Positions 42,401 to 55,530 of a stretch of 64,000 bases of DNA are shown piece by piece. This stretch comes from Ptychomitrium polyphyllum. Lineage: Eukaryota. The stretch spans positions 6,200,001 to 6,264,000 of the forward strand of contig OZ316776.1 in the NCBI GenBank assembly GCA_973851085.1, in the 5' to 3' direction. Within the stretch, counting starts at the first letter, position 1. Each line of letters opens with the position of its first letter. The notes beneath the pieces were generated by a model. It worked only from the letters and a program-made list of their open reading frames with translations, did not search any database and was not told where the DNA came from. A program made the position numbers and the translations under genes.

Positions 42401-45400
42401 TTGGAAAAAATCTAATTGTATATATCTTTATAATTGTGCATCATTTATGAATCTTTTTTGTATGTCATTTAAAAAATGTGTTTTGTTAAGTTACAATATT
42501 AGAATATAAAGTTTAAATGCTTAAATACATGCTATAGAAGGATTTATAATGTATTGAACTATAGTTCTTGAAACTTAGGTAATTAAAAGGTGAATTTTGA
42601 AAGAATATAATGGCTATGATTACAAACTTTTGTAACTATTAAGCCAGAAGATGAATATTTGGCAATAATTGAGAATTAACCTCATTCAAAAAATATATGA
42701 ACAAAATAAAAGATATGTAACACAAAAAAATTGTGTAAGTTTAATCATAATCGTTAATAGAAATTGAAATAATTATGAATTTTAAATATTTATTAATTAT
42801 AATCATCAAATCTATCCAATAATTCTTTAATACTCATAAAACCAATATTTAATCATTTGAGTTGTTTCTTGTTAGCCATTGTAGAATAAATATATTTTCT
42901 AATGAAATAAGTAAAAAATATTTGTGCAATATTAATAAAACATGAAATTTTATAATTAGATAAATCTAATTAATACATTAATTAATAGAATTTGAAATTT
43001 TGAATTTAATACTTAGATATTTGTAAAATCATGTGTTTATATGGTTTAAATTATGAAAGAAATGTGGAATATAATATTTTAATCAAAGTTACATATCAAT
43101 GTGTTTTTTTAATTTTATGATGATGTATGAAATTTTTTTGAAACATGGCCTTAGATATGTTTTTTATATATAAAATATTATGAATAATTTCATCCAATTT
43201 AAGCAAATGGCATGCTTTGTATTTTATGGGTGCAAGCCCTTTCTATGAATATGGCATCTATATTTTATAATTAAATACAAACTTATTGGATAATAGAATG
43301 AAATTTAAAAGATTATTTTATAACGGAACTAAAATGTACATGCATGTCTAAATTGCAAAATTAGAAAAATATTTGTTAATGGTTCCATGCTTAGTTTCAA
43401 ACAAAATTAACACTAGCATGTTATCATTGTTGCAAATAAAGTAATGCCTTAAAAATAAGTCACTTTTTTGTTTATGGATTATTGGACAAATTTGTATTTT
43501 TTTTAAAGGTGTAAGAATAAATTGTTTTAAAGATAGGTTAATTTAATTTTATCAATAAAACAATAGTGATTGAAAATAGTCAATCTTTGTAATACAATAA
43601 AAAAAAAGTTTTTATTTAAAAAACTTGCATAGATAACAAAAGATTAATCACCTAAATATAAATTTCATTACTTTTCATTAATAGTGCCACAAATACTAAT
43701 TGCATCATATATGTTGTTAGCTTTTGTGTTAAATGAATGTTATTTATCAACTATAGGTGTAAAAGAATTTCAACAAAAATGGTTTCAATATATTTGTTTA
43801 TAGTAAATATATTTATTTTGTGTAAAATATTTTAGTCATGAATAATAGATTTGTATAGATTGCATTATCAAGCAATGGTAATGGAACAACCATCAATTCA
43901 CTCCAAAAGGTACTTCTTTACAAATTTTGTAACCTTGAATGATTAAAACTTTGAAGATTTCATAGTAATTTGCATCAATTCAAATTAGTGTGAAGGTTTG
44001 GCAAACAATTTTGTTGAAGAAGGTTTAATTATGAACATCTTTTATTTGATAAATTTTTTGTAGTCTTTGGACATTTAAAGGCCATTTTTGACACATCAAT
44101 ATTTTTAGTAAATTTTTCAAGACCAAACTACTTTTGAGATGATGTTAAACAAATTTTTAGCTAAAGCTAGTTTATGGTATAAAATTAGTGATTAAATTTC
44201 ATATTCAAAGTACCACAAGTCAAATTTTGAAACCATTTATAAATTTTATAGCATAATGAATTTTCAATTCATGAGGCCTCATGATTCTACAATTGATTTG
44301 TACCATTTACAACAAGTCTATAATGGTATCGAAATCTTCATATCTTATTTTTATTTATATGTATGACACTTTAAAAATAATAATGTTTTCAAAATTGAAA
44401 CAAACTTTGGTTCTTTAAAAGCCAATGCATGCTTATTCATCCAAAATTCATTCAAATACCACTATATAATAAGTTCAAGTCCATTGTATGATTTTTTCAA
44501 AAATCATGTGTAGATTCACCTTCTTCTTCCTTACCACTACATGAGTTTTTTTGAACTCAGTTTTAATCCATCACCTTCAGCCTCTCACAGTGAATATTGA
44601 ACATATACTTTGTGGTGGTGGAAAGAAGGCAATAATAGCCCTATTTAATCTTACTTCTAGAATTGTCATAAAACATGATCTCAGTGAATTTAAAAGACAA
44701 ACTTGAAGGAATGTTTTAGATTGTTACATACCATATAGAAGCATTATTTCAAATTTGTGAATGTATGTCAAATATAAGTTGTACTAGCTAAATGTAGTAC
44801 ACTGAACAATATATGCTTACACCAGACATTACCTAGTCAAAGGTCTGTTTTGGGACGGTCAAGAAATAATGATTTACTCATCTCAAAAAGATGGTTTGAA
44901 ATTAAGAAACTGTTTGTTTGCTTGTGCTCAGGCTGGCATGATTTGTGAATTTGTTCTTTTTGATTTTTTTGAATAAACTAAAACCTAACAATACCCTGGG
45001 ACTAGAATACCATAGAATACAAGCCTTGTGGCACTCAAAATTCCTCTCCAGTGTAACTTCCACACTTCTCTTCAATAGTGCATGATGAGATGCAGCTGTG
45101 GAACTTTGGCTCATGAAATCAAGGTTGCTCTTCTCGGAAGTGTCAATATACCAGTACAAGGCTACAAGCACTATTGGTCAACAATATCAACATCAATTTC
45201 AACAGTGTGTTCACTTATTTCAGCCTATTATTCATAAGGAGCGACTGTGATGAGTTTACAAACTTATTTTGTGGACATCAGTTGAAAATGTTGAACGTAC
45301 TCTCAATGATAGTGAACTTTTCACATGCTGATAGACTCACTTCTCATAGTGACAACAAATGATAACAAAAGTATGCCTGTTCATGGTTATCATATAATGT

Positions 45401-47911
45401 GTTGTAGGCACACAGTAGGTTTATCTTTACTCTAAAATTAGATGACAGAGCTTATAGAAAAATATTTTCACAGAGTGAAATTTTGCAAAGAAAAAGATGG
45501 AATTGTCCTCAAAATTGGCTTAATGATAGGTTATATGCCAACCCTTTGTCTATTAGTGCCCAGGTGACTTGAAGCATCCCAAAGCAAATGATTCTGAATT
45601 TGTTTGGAATTGGTCTGTAAGGTCTGAGGTTTTGGATGTGCCCCATTGTTTTACAAATGACATGCAGCAACAATTAAGCCCCAATTTGGAGTAGTACAGT
45701 ATAGCGTGCCCACCAGAACAGTAAATGCACGAAGATGAATAAAAGAGTACAAGAACCGTATGAAAGAATTGGGTTCTCATTCTCATTTAGCTGGTCTGTT
45801 TAAGAGCTGGCAAGTAGCTACCACTATGTATTATACTATTATAATTACATTGCAGTTTGTCACCTTGCAGTCAAGATTGCAAGTTCTATACAAGGTTATG
45901 AAGATCTCAACCAATTACAATTTGACACATGTAAATTTGTTGTTCTCAAAAATTTATTCTTTAGTGACAAACATTCTATGTAACTATGGTGAATACAAAT
46001 ACAAGTTACAATTTTGTTATTTCAATGTTACTAGACAAGCATTCATTCAAATTGTAGTATCATTTAAATTTAAAAAAAAACTTGTATATTTAAGAAACAT
46101 AGGTTCTAAGTTATGTTCACTTCTTTATACATATCTCTTAGTCATATATAACAATAGCCAAACTTAGTATATCTTGGTAATTTGGATAGTTTCTTTTATA
46201 TTACTAGGCCATCATTCTATTATAATTACAAGTCTTTAGTTGTGACTTTGTAATAGTAATTTTGAATAGTCAAAAAATAAGCACAGATTTGTTGATTCAT
46301 TTTTAGGTTTTTTTTTGGAAAGTTATTATATTTGAATTGAAACTCAATGTTTGCTAAATGTGAATGAATAAATCAATCATATGTTTTGATGGATAAAATT
46401 AAATGTTTATTTGGTAGATGGTGTTTTAAATTTACCATTTCAAAAATCAAAATGATTGAAGTGTAAAATATTATTTCATAGCTTTACTTTTCACTTCACT
46501 TTCAAATTTGTTGTTGTTGTTCAATTAACAATACTTGAATTAGAAGTGATTACAAATTAAGTACCTTTTGAATATTTGATTTTATTAAAAGAATACACCA
46601 TGTCTAGGTTTTAAAATTCCTTTTCAACTTTAGTATCAATAAGAAGATACCATATATATATTAAGGATATAATTTAAATGTTTTATTTTGTTTTTGATTC
46701 TATGTCTTAAATGACTTTTGTACATATTATCATATTTTATACATATAGATAATTTTTTCTTTTATTTAAATACTTGAATTTAAAATGTCAACAATGAAAT
46801 GATCTATATATTATAGATTCTTTAAAATAAATTATAATATATGCTGTAAAAATCTATCAAATAAAATTTTTACCTAAAATTATAAAAATGTACCAAAAGA
46901 TTATAATTAATGATTTTAAACAAAATTATAAATAAATAAAAAGTAAAGAAATCAATTATATATGTAATGGAATTCTTCAGGTTTGATCTCTATATTATAC
47001 TTATTCATATGAACTTAGGAGTGCAGAAGGACAATTTGAATCACTTTTTCGGCACAAATAGAAGTAAGGTCTATTACAAGGTCAGACACGTGACTTTGGG
47101 CTGGAGTCACATGCAAATAATTTTTCAGAAAGCAATTCACTTTCTTCAATAATTTTGTATTAGATACCTACAGTCAGCCTAGTTTGACAATGGTCAACTT
47201 ATACTTTTCTATTATCGCATAGCCTCAGCACCACTTGTATGGCTAACCAGCCCATTAAATGATCAGCTGTCTCCACCTCGAGTATTGACCCCAAGCATTC
47301 TTTGTCATCTAAAGCATTCTAAAGAAACATTGCTACCGCAAAAATGCCAAAGAGATAGGAATACAATGTTTCAATTAATATGTTCCTGGCGAGTAGCTCA
47401 TGTACACTAAAGCATTCTGTAGCATTCAGGAGAGCAGCCTGTTAACTCACTTCATTTCATCTTAGTTCTGCAACCAAAGGATCATCCAGCTGATCCAACC
47501 AGAAGAAAGTTACTAAGCTCTAAAACGCTGAGCTGCCTGCTGTCAATGACAGATTCGAATTCCCCTTTCGATGTACAATACTCCCAGGTGAAATTCCCTG
47601 TGAATACAGTTGGATAAAAGATTTGGATAAAACAGTTTCCGGTTGTAAAGGACCACAACAAAACGGACACTGCAGACCCTGAGCAAAAGGCCTTTCGAGT
47701 GCAAATGTTGGAAGTGGTTAGATCACCTAATTTCTAAACCCTGACTACATGTAGGGGCGTATTTGCCATCCTCTCTTTGTCGCGATAAATAACCATGTTT
47801 TTTTTTTTTTCTCTATCTGCTTGGTATCAATGTAAGTTGAATTACATTTTGATCCCCAATGTCCTGTACAAATCTCTCAAATCTACTTTAAACTCACTTA
47901 AAATGGCAGCT

Positions 47912-49917
47912 CTAGATGCCACCTCCACGCATGTGAGCTCCAAGCTCTCCGAACTGATCATCAGCCTCCTCTGTATCAAATGAAAGCCGGACTGCATCCA
48001 GCTTCGATTTCAAGATTTCTATGGCGTTCAAAAACATCTGTGAAGCTTTGATAGCTCCTGTCGACTCTACAGTAAAGATGAAACTGTCTTCTTTACTGTA
48101 AATTTCTACTAATCCTGGCTTACCCATAGCTTCTGCCTTCTTCAGCACTTCTTCATCATAGGTGTACGCTTCTGGGTCCACTACTACCACCTGCGGCAGG
48201 AACGAAGCTTTGGTCACGAGATACTCTGAAAGTACATCGCTCATCATGAAACCAAGAACTTCAAGATGGAAAATTTCCGTTAAACAAGAAATACATGCAT
48301 GATAGAAATTATCTGAAGTGCGGTATCCACTCTCTATTTCAATCTGCTGCATGAATCACACAAAATATGATCAGTTTACCTGTTGGGTGGCAGGGTCCAG
48401 TTCAAAAACGTTAGTAGGGCTGCTCTCGACCCACTCCTGCTTTTCTTCCAAAGTCAAAGTTTCCATAAGTGCCTCATTAATATGAATGTCTGGTTCATAT
48501 TGAAACGTCACAGTTGCAGCTGGCGACCACTTAGCATGGTCCTTGCCGATCCCTTTTCTAGCAATCGCCCGCAACTTCAACTCCTGTCCCTTTCGCAACT
48601 TCACAATCAAAATGCCCCTGCACATGTAGAGCAGAACTAGTATCAGCGATATCCTCTCGTTATTACGAACAAACTCTAAGCACAAAAAGCAGGCAAATGT
48701 TCATTAACCACTCGTGTAAAAAGGTCCAAAAGCTCGCAGAGTGCAACGGTGGGTAACAGGAAACTTAAACATTCGTGTTGAGCCGCATAAACATACTAGA
48801 GGTTATAAGAAGCATTAAACGACACAAAGATGAAATAATCAAAGTGCTCAACACTTTCTCCACTGGAAGCAAAATGCCTAAAATATTTACAGCGCGAAAC
48901 AGTTCGGCTTGCCTTGGAGCAACCCACACAGTGCACATTAAAGATATTATGCACACAAGAGACGAGCTGCCATAGCGCTTCCTCCAACTTCATACACTCT
49001 AAGACTTACGCAGATAGAAAACTCACCGCTGCTCTGACGAATCAAAACCACCCATGTCCGCTGCACGGTCTGCACAGTCCACTGGTACAACCGTAGGATC
49101 TGAACTCTGCAAATCAAAGCTTGTGACATCCAAAGTTTGGTCTCCGGTACACTTAACACTCAGGTGGAACTCAATAGAGCAATACTCACATCTGCAGAAA
49201 AACCCCACATCTCAGTCTTCCATCCATCAAGCTTAGAACTCTATAAACATTCTAAGGAGCAACATAAACTGTAAAACCCGCAGAAACAACCACATAAACT
49301 GTAAAATCAGAACGAGGGGCTACAACAAACCACAAAGACACATCGAAAACCTTATAAAACATGCATTATTACGACAGGAAGAAATTAGGGTTTAGGGTTA
49401 TCGGTTACTGCAGCTGGAGCATGAGCAGTTGAGCAGGTTTAGACGAAAGACCAAAGGCCAAAATAGTTTCTAAACACCAGGGCAACCAAACTACCTTTTT
49501 ACAAAACCTAGTGTCTCTCAAAGAGTTCTCTACAACATCGATGTTTCCATGCCGACAAAGAGCAAGGATATTACAACTATGAAAGAGACAGTAGTAGTCC
49601 CCAATCATTTGGAAAGAAATGCACCTTCCATCACCGTCGCAAGCATCACAATCGCGAGACAGTCGCATCTCCATAGCTCTATCACTAACAATCGGAATTA
49701 AACCAAGGCGATGCGCAAGAAACTCATCGTTGAGCACTGAAGAGTTGGTCTCGATTTCCACCAAATCTATAGCCAATGTAGGCACCTCGGCAATCATAAT
49801 CCGCCGCAGCGCATTGGCAATGCTGGCGTCCGTGTCGCGCAACTCGAACTTCAGCACATCGTCTTTCATGTCCCGTATGCGCACCGTTGGAAACCGCTGG
49901 TAGGACACATTGTCCAT
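47912..49917 (-). CDS. NRPB3: DNA-directed RNA polymerase II/IV/V subunit 3 (RPB3); exons 49917-49625, 49191-49027, 48617-48380, 48190-47912
   Basis: [44 protein letters not shown], Zn motif [54 protein letters not shown]; introns are GT-AG. Confidence 0.97.
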
Positions 49918-50747
49918 TGCCTGCAACCCCAATTGCTGGCTCTACCTCCCACACCACAGACCTACACCACCTCCTCAGCTGCTCTCCACCCCAACTCTCT
50001 CACTCAAAAGTTGCTTTCCTGCAGAACCAAAACCATGCGAAAACTTCCACTCGCCACGCACCGCGCCTGAATTTTCATCAACCCCGGCAGAGCGAAACAA
50101 AGCTTCCTATTCTGAAAGGCAGAAAAACTAGACCAGGTGTTTCCAGTTCCGGTTCTGACGAAACACCATCTTTCCGTCGTCTTCCATCCAAAATAGGAGG
50201 TATTTTCAAAACCGTCAGTGCAACCAAAACCAAAAACTCTTTTCGGAAATTTCAACCGATTCTAAATCTACAGTTTTTTTGTAGACTATGTTCAAAAGTC
50301 GTACAGTGACGGCTGAAACTGTATCTTGAACCACGTAATCTACATATATCTTCGATTTTTAAAGTTCTTGTGTTCAAATCATGGGCTATCTTCGTTTTGG
50401 GTGCCGCAACGGTTTTGGGATTGTAATCTTTTATGAACGGACGACGAACAACGATCATCGAGAAATGAACGAGAAGTAGCAACGAAGTTCAAAAACTAGG
50501 GCTTTAGGGTTTTGTTGGGAACTCAGTGTGAGTGGGCTCGTGAATGCTTGCGATTAATTTCAATTGCTGAATTGGGTGTAGGTTTGAATGCAATACCCTT
50601 TGTGCAGGGCGGTCATGATTCAGGTTCTGGTCGATGATAGGAATTTCGCGTAGTTTGATGATCTGGAACGGCGTTTGTAGCGCTTGAGAGAGAGGTGGTT
50701 TCAGGGCTTCGAGTTCTGTGAGTTGGGGTAGGGAGAGTTTTGCAAAG
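49918..50747. promoter_or_regulatory. Divergent (head-to-head) intergenic region of NRPB3 and uL24, with a telo-box and site-II-like motifs
   Basis: Start codons are 830 bp apart in opposite orientation; TTAGGGTTT at 50504-50512; TGGGCT at 50382-50387 and 50533-50538. Confidence 0.55.
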
Positions 50748-51941
50748 ATGGGTTACAAGGCGGCGGTGAAAGTGTTCAAGCAATGGAAAATACTCCGTGG
50801 CGACAAGGTGGGCCGCCCGTTCGGTGGTAGTTTTGTTTTATGTGAGCACATTGCAGTTTTTGGTGTAGCTTTTGGAAGGTAGAGAACGGGTGGCTGATTC
50901 AGAAGATTTCTTTTGGGTGCAGGTCATGGTTATGGCAGGCAAGGACGCTGGGCTTACGGGGACTATAATGAAAGTGATTCGTGCCCAGAATCGTGTCATT
51001 GTTGAAGGAAGAAATCTGGTATACTTCTACTGACGCTGGCGCAGCATTGTGAAGCGCGCAATCTATTTGAGAGAATGCAATTACGAGTGAAGAGAATTTT
51101 GCAAGGCATATCTCATGTTTAGAGTTTTTCACTTTCATGGTTGGGGTCCTTTGCGGTAGTCAGAACGGTGTGGATTTAGGATCCGTGTCTAAAAACGTCA
51201 GGGATTTTAGGGCAAGGAAGAATGTGTCTCATCTTAGTCATACTTTTGTCTGTCAGGTCAAGAAGCATCTGAAGAAGACAGAGAGCAACCCTGGGGGTAT
51301 CATAACCATGGAGGCTCCTCTGCATGTCTCGAACGTGCAGCTAATCGATCCTGTCAATGGGTGAGTACTCGTTTTCAAGCTTTCAAGAACCATTCCAAGT
51401 TTGCTATCATAGTTGGTGCGTGTGTCTTCATCGAAATATTTGCTTCTTAGAGATTAATTGACAGAAACTCTCTTTCTTGGTATCTTGTGATTGCAGTGCT
51501 CCCTGCCGCGTTGCTTACAGATACTTGGAGGACGGTACCAAAGTTCGAGTGTCAACGGGAGGTACAGCATCAGGGAGCATCATACCGCGTCCAGCAATAT
51601 TGCTGGAGAGACGTAAACCACGCCCTTCTCTAGGTATGCCAACTCATCCTTTCTGCATATAACGACAAGCCTTCTCATCTAGAGGAATTTGCTTGCATAT
51701 GGAGTGTTACATGCCTCGGACCCAAGCATTTTCTTCTAAGTTCTGCTCGAAATGATATGTTTATTTTTACAGAAGGGACAACTTCTTAAGGTTTTCGTTG
51801 TCAAGTATTTTAGCACTTATATCTGATGAATGTGGTTGTTCTATTGCAGCTGGTCTGAAGGACACACCCAAGGAAATTGTTTTAGAGAAGACTATCGGCT
51901 TGGGTGAAGGGACGCCCGGTCTTCCACAGCTTTTGAAGTGA
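50748..51941 (+). CDS. RPL24: Bacterial-type large-subunit ribosomal protein uL24, probably mitochondrial; exons 50748-50807, 50923-51018, 51257-51360, 51497-51633, 51850-51941
   Basis: KOW motif [55 protein letters not shown], then [16 protein letters not shown] and KDTP; no long plastid transit peptide; introns are GT-AG. Confidence 0.93.
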
Positions 51942-52741
51942 AGGTGGAACTAGAGCAGTGTGCTTTCCTCGTCTACTTCTTCACGTAACGACCAAGGCGT
52001 TAGGCGATGGTTTCCAACATGATCCTGAGAAATTGAACATGGTGCTGAGTTCTTGTTGCATTGATTATTTTAGCATTAGAAAGCCCATACAACATGATGA
52101 TCATACCCTCTGGCTCTCAGTTGATTCCATTGGTAAGGGTCTCTGCGTCACATCCCAACGCAGCTTCCTGGTGATTAAACGTCAAAGACCCTGTTCTTTT
52201 CGCAATTCCATCAGAGATGTCATGAAGCTTGCTTCTTGTTTTTCTATTGATTCTATGATTGTCAACAATTATCACTTCTAGATATTCATTGTGAATACTC
52301 AGAGTGCCACTGTGCCGATGGTTTTTGTCCCTTGACATTAAGAAAAGTAAAGGACCTGGTCGTTCTTTATTGCATCCAGCAGCTCGGGATTTCAATCTCA
52401 GGTTTCAAGCTGGACGGTTCACCATGTAGGATGACACATGGTCTTGTTTCGTATGTCGTCCTCCACTTCATACATTTGCGTAGTCCTTCTTGTATACAGT
52501 AGTTTGCTTTACTATTGTACAGATCCTGCGTTGGCAGCCCTGGACTTACTCCGGCTTCAACCACGAGGGTCTGTTCTTGTGAACAGCCTATGTCAACGAA
52601 ACCAGAATAATCGACGCTTTCAAAACTTCCAGTGCAAGTTGAAGAGCTGATGATGCATGATTTCGATGTTGGCACCTCCCGACTTGCCTCCTCGGCCACT
52701 ATGAAAGCTCACAGCGGGCGTTGAGAAGCTCGCCTGCCTTG

Positions 52742-53150
52742 AGGATGACGCGGATGAGGATGCTGCCAGCCTCGTTCTGAGCTACCTTATGCGATTGTAC
52801 TTGACTGGGCAGTGTATATATGTAAAGAACACCGTTCCTTCAAAGCACCGGCACTGGTTTACACACACATACACACATACAAATACATAAATGTATAAAG
52901 ACAAATACATAAATATGTAAATTGTCAACACCAGTTGTAGGAGAGCTGGTGCACGCAACCGCGTTATCCCTTCACGAGTTGAACATGTGTCGGGTTCAAC
53001 TCTTGGCAACTCTCCATAGTTTTACTAGATAGTCAATTTATTATTAGATGCTCGTTTGCCTATTTTGGCAACCAATTGTATGTACACTCATCTACAATTG
53101 CACAAAGCAGCTCATGGTGTGGCTGGCAGCATCCCCATCCGCCTCATCTT
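52742..53150. repeat. Inverted repeat with ungapped 63-bp arms (52742-52804 / 53088-53150) and a 283-bp spacer
   Basis: AGGATGACGCGGATGAGGATGCTGCCAGCC... is complementary to ...GGCTGGCAGCATCCCCATCCGCCTCATCTT; by hand count 49/63 positions are Watson-Crick, 27/30 in the outer part. Confidence 0.85.
52940..53016 (+). ncRNA. tRNA-like element (degenerate tRNA gene or tRNA-derived SINE head)
   Basis: 77 nt; termini GGAGAG/CTCTCC-A pair like an acceptor stem; A-box-like TGGTGCA at positions 8-14; B-box GGTTCAACTC (52993-53002); TTTT at 53020-53023. The anticodon arm pairs poorly and G18G19 is absent. Confidence 0.45.
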
Positions 53151-53556
53151 AATCACGTTTGCTATCTTTGATCCGTCACTGTTTTCCGGTTCTACCAGCT
53201 TCATGGTATAATCAGTGATCTTCATGTCATAATCAGATCTTTGTTCATATTACTATACCTGGGGATAAAGGCAGGCTTGCGGAAAATCAAGCAATTGTAT
53301 GCTTAAGCATATCCTGCATTCCTTGATCAGGCGTGGCATCATGTGAACAGTATGCCTGCACAGACTATTTATTCTGTTGTGCAATTGAGCTGATTCGCTT
53401 ACAAAACTAACCTCGCAGTCTGAGGATAGAAACACATTAAAATTCCACTGAGATATAATAGTATTAATATATACACTCTTTGTCTGCTAGACCGAAGAGA
53501 AAGAATGGGAACCTACAGCTATTATTTTACAACAAAACTAAAGGTTTTTGCAATTG

Positions 53557-55530
53557 TTACAGTGGGACAACGGTAGTACTCTGCTTCACATTATCAAATT
53601 CATCAGAATCCTCCCCGGAGGATCCAAAACACCCTGTGGCAGGTTCATTGATTCCAAAAAACCCTAGTAGGACTGCAGCGGCACCTAAGATACTCAGTGG
53701 AGATGGAATCTTTCCACGTAAAGAATCCACCACACCTGCAATTGGGACTTGAATGGTGAGGCCAGTGGTTGCTGCTGTTGGAGACGTCAGCAAGACAGCT
53801 TTAGCCCAAAGGTAGTCGCTCAATACGTTGTCCAGGAGCCCTGCAAACACTTTCCCCCTCAGTTCATTCTCATTCTTGACTTAAATCCAGAGAATCCATT
53901 AGTGACAATGCAGTGTGGCTGGCAAAGCTCAGGGATCACAAACAGTTTATAAGACTTAACAAAGTCAGTATCCAAATCACGCTGGATCTCAATTAGCGTG
54001 ACCAACAGAATCGGTTAAAAGGCCCCTACCCATACCAAGAAGAACTGATATTTGAAAGAAATTGGAAAGATCCTTTCATAAAAGCCTCGTCTACTTCCAC
54101 ATCAGTCCCTTCGCTAGACGTGCTGCTGCCATTTGAAGTTCTCTCTACATCCTTTTATCATGATAATGATCTCACGAGTAAACCTAAATCCTTGAAATTG
54201 AAACTCAAATTTCTGCTCTCGGTACAAGAATATCCATTCAGGTTAGCATTTGTGAGGGAGTCAAATATAATCAGAAATTAGAGTTCATAAAACTTTGACT
54301 GACCTTTCCCGACGATGAGGCCAACTTGAGATAGGGTAAGCCGATGGAACGTCTCCACTCCTGTATAGTGGACAACAAGAGCTACAGGTCCGAGAAGGAG
54401 GGCATTGAAAAGACCTAGATAGCCAAAAAACAAGGCTGTACTAGCTTTTCCTTCCCCAGCATCTTCGTTAGGCAATCGCTTCCTCAACAAGGTGCTGTAC
54501 AGGGCATAGTCTAAAGCAGAAAATAGGCATAAAATATCACCCCACCCTGCTCTCCAAAATGAGCCTCCAACCTTCGTTGAATCTGATAGGGTCACGATTA
54601 TGGTTCCCACCATGCACAAAAGCACACTTACTAGTTTCGACCACTTGAACTGCTCATTTAACAGTGCCAACGAAAACAAGAACGTGAACAGGCTGGATGA
54701 GCTGCTCAAGATTGTATTTGACTGCAGGACATCAGCACACGAATAGTCAAATGTCAATCTATATCGAAAGAACCATCGAACAGCCCCCAGAATGCAAATA
54801 AGCTAAACGAATCAAGGGGATCGTAATTTCAAGCTCAAACATCATGCTAGGTAAGAATCCTTTATCATGTCCTACAAGGCCAATACATATGAATTGCCTC
54901 CTGATGGACATGCCTCTGTTGCAAATAACTCCAGCTATGACGTCCATCTTCTCCCATTCTAAAATTCCCGCATCATCCCCAGAAAGAAGAACAAGCACAT
55001 GATGATTTCGACCAGAGCTCATCCGAAAGATTGCTGAAAAGACTTACCGTCACAGTCGTGTATCGCAGCGACAAGTTGAAAGTAAACTGAGCCACAAACC
55101 AAAAGGGGCAAATAAGCAAGCTCACTCGAGCAATCTCTCGTCTGCTCCACTCCCGATTCGCCACTCCCTGGGGTGCATCCCAAGCACCATCCGCCAACTC
55201 CAAAACCCCCTGCCCCTTCACCACCCCAAAATTAGGGTTTCCAACTCCAGGCTCCTCCAGCAAGTGCACAGTTTCCTTCACCGCACCGGACTTTGCCCCG
55301 CTACTCCCTTCACGCTCCAATGTCCGACGCTCAACCCACTCCCAGAAGAGCTTCCCAACTTCCACGATGGGCACGTACACGATGAACAAGGAGTTGCAGA
55401 GGTACGTGATGAGAAACGGTGACACGCCCGCCCCCACGACGAATTGTACTACGAAGCTGGCTATGATCCAAATGATGGCCACTGCGATCACGTACACCAT
55501 CCCCACCATCCATCGCCATGTCTTCTCCAT
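53557..55530 (-). CDS. SLC35F/EamA (DMT superfamily) membrane transporter, THI74/YML018C-like; exons 55530-55048, 54721-54304, 53840-53557
   Basis: Multiple hydrophobic segments; IIWIIASF, SPFLITYLCNSLF, CPFWFVAQFTFNLSLRYTTVT|SNTILSSSSSLFT, GDILCL, FFGYLGLFN, KG|LLDNVLSDYLWAKAVLLTSPTAATTGLTIQVP; introns are GT-AG. Confidence 0.92.

Noticed and set aside
52967..52985. CT-TCA-CG loop and 9-bp acceptor suggesting tRNA-Sec
   Set aside because: The anticodon stem does not pair, there is no long variable arm, and land plants are not known to have Sec machinery; kept only as tRNA-like.
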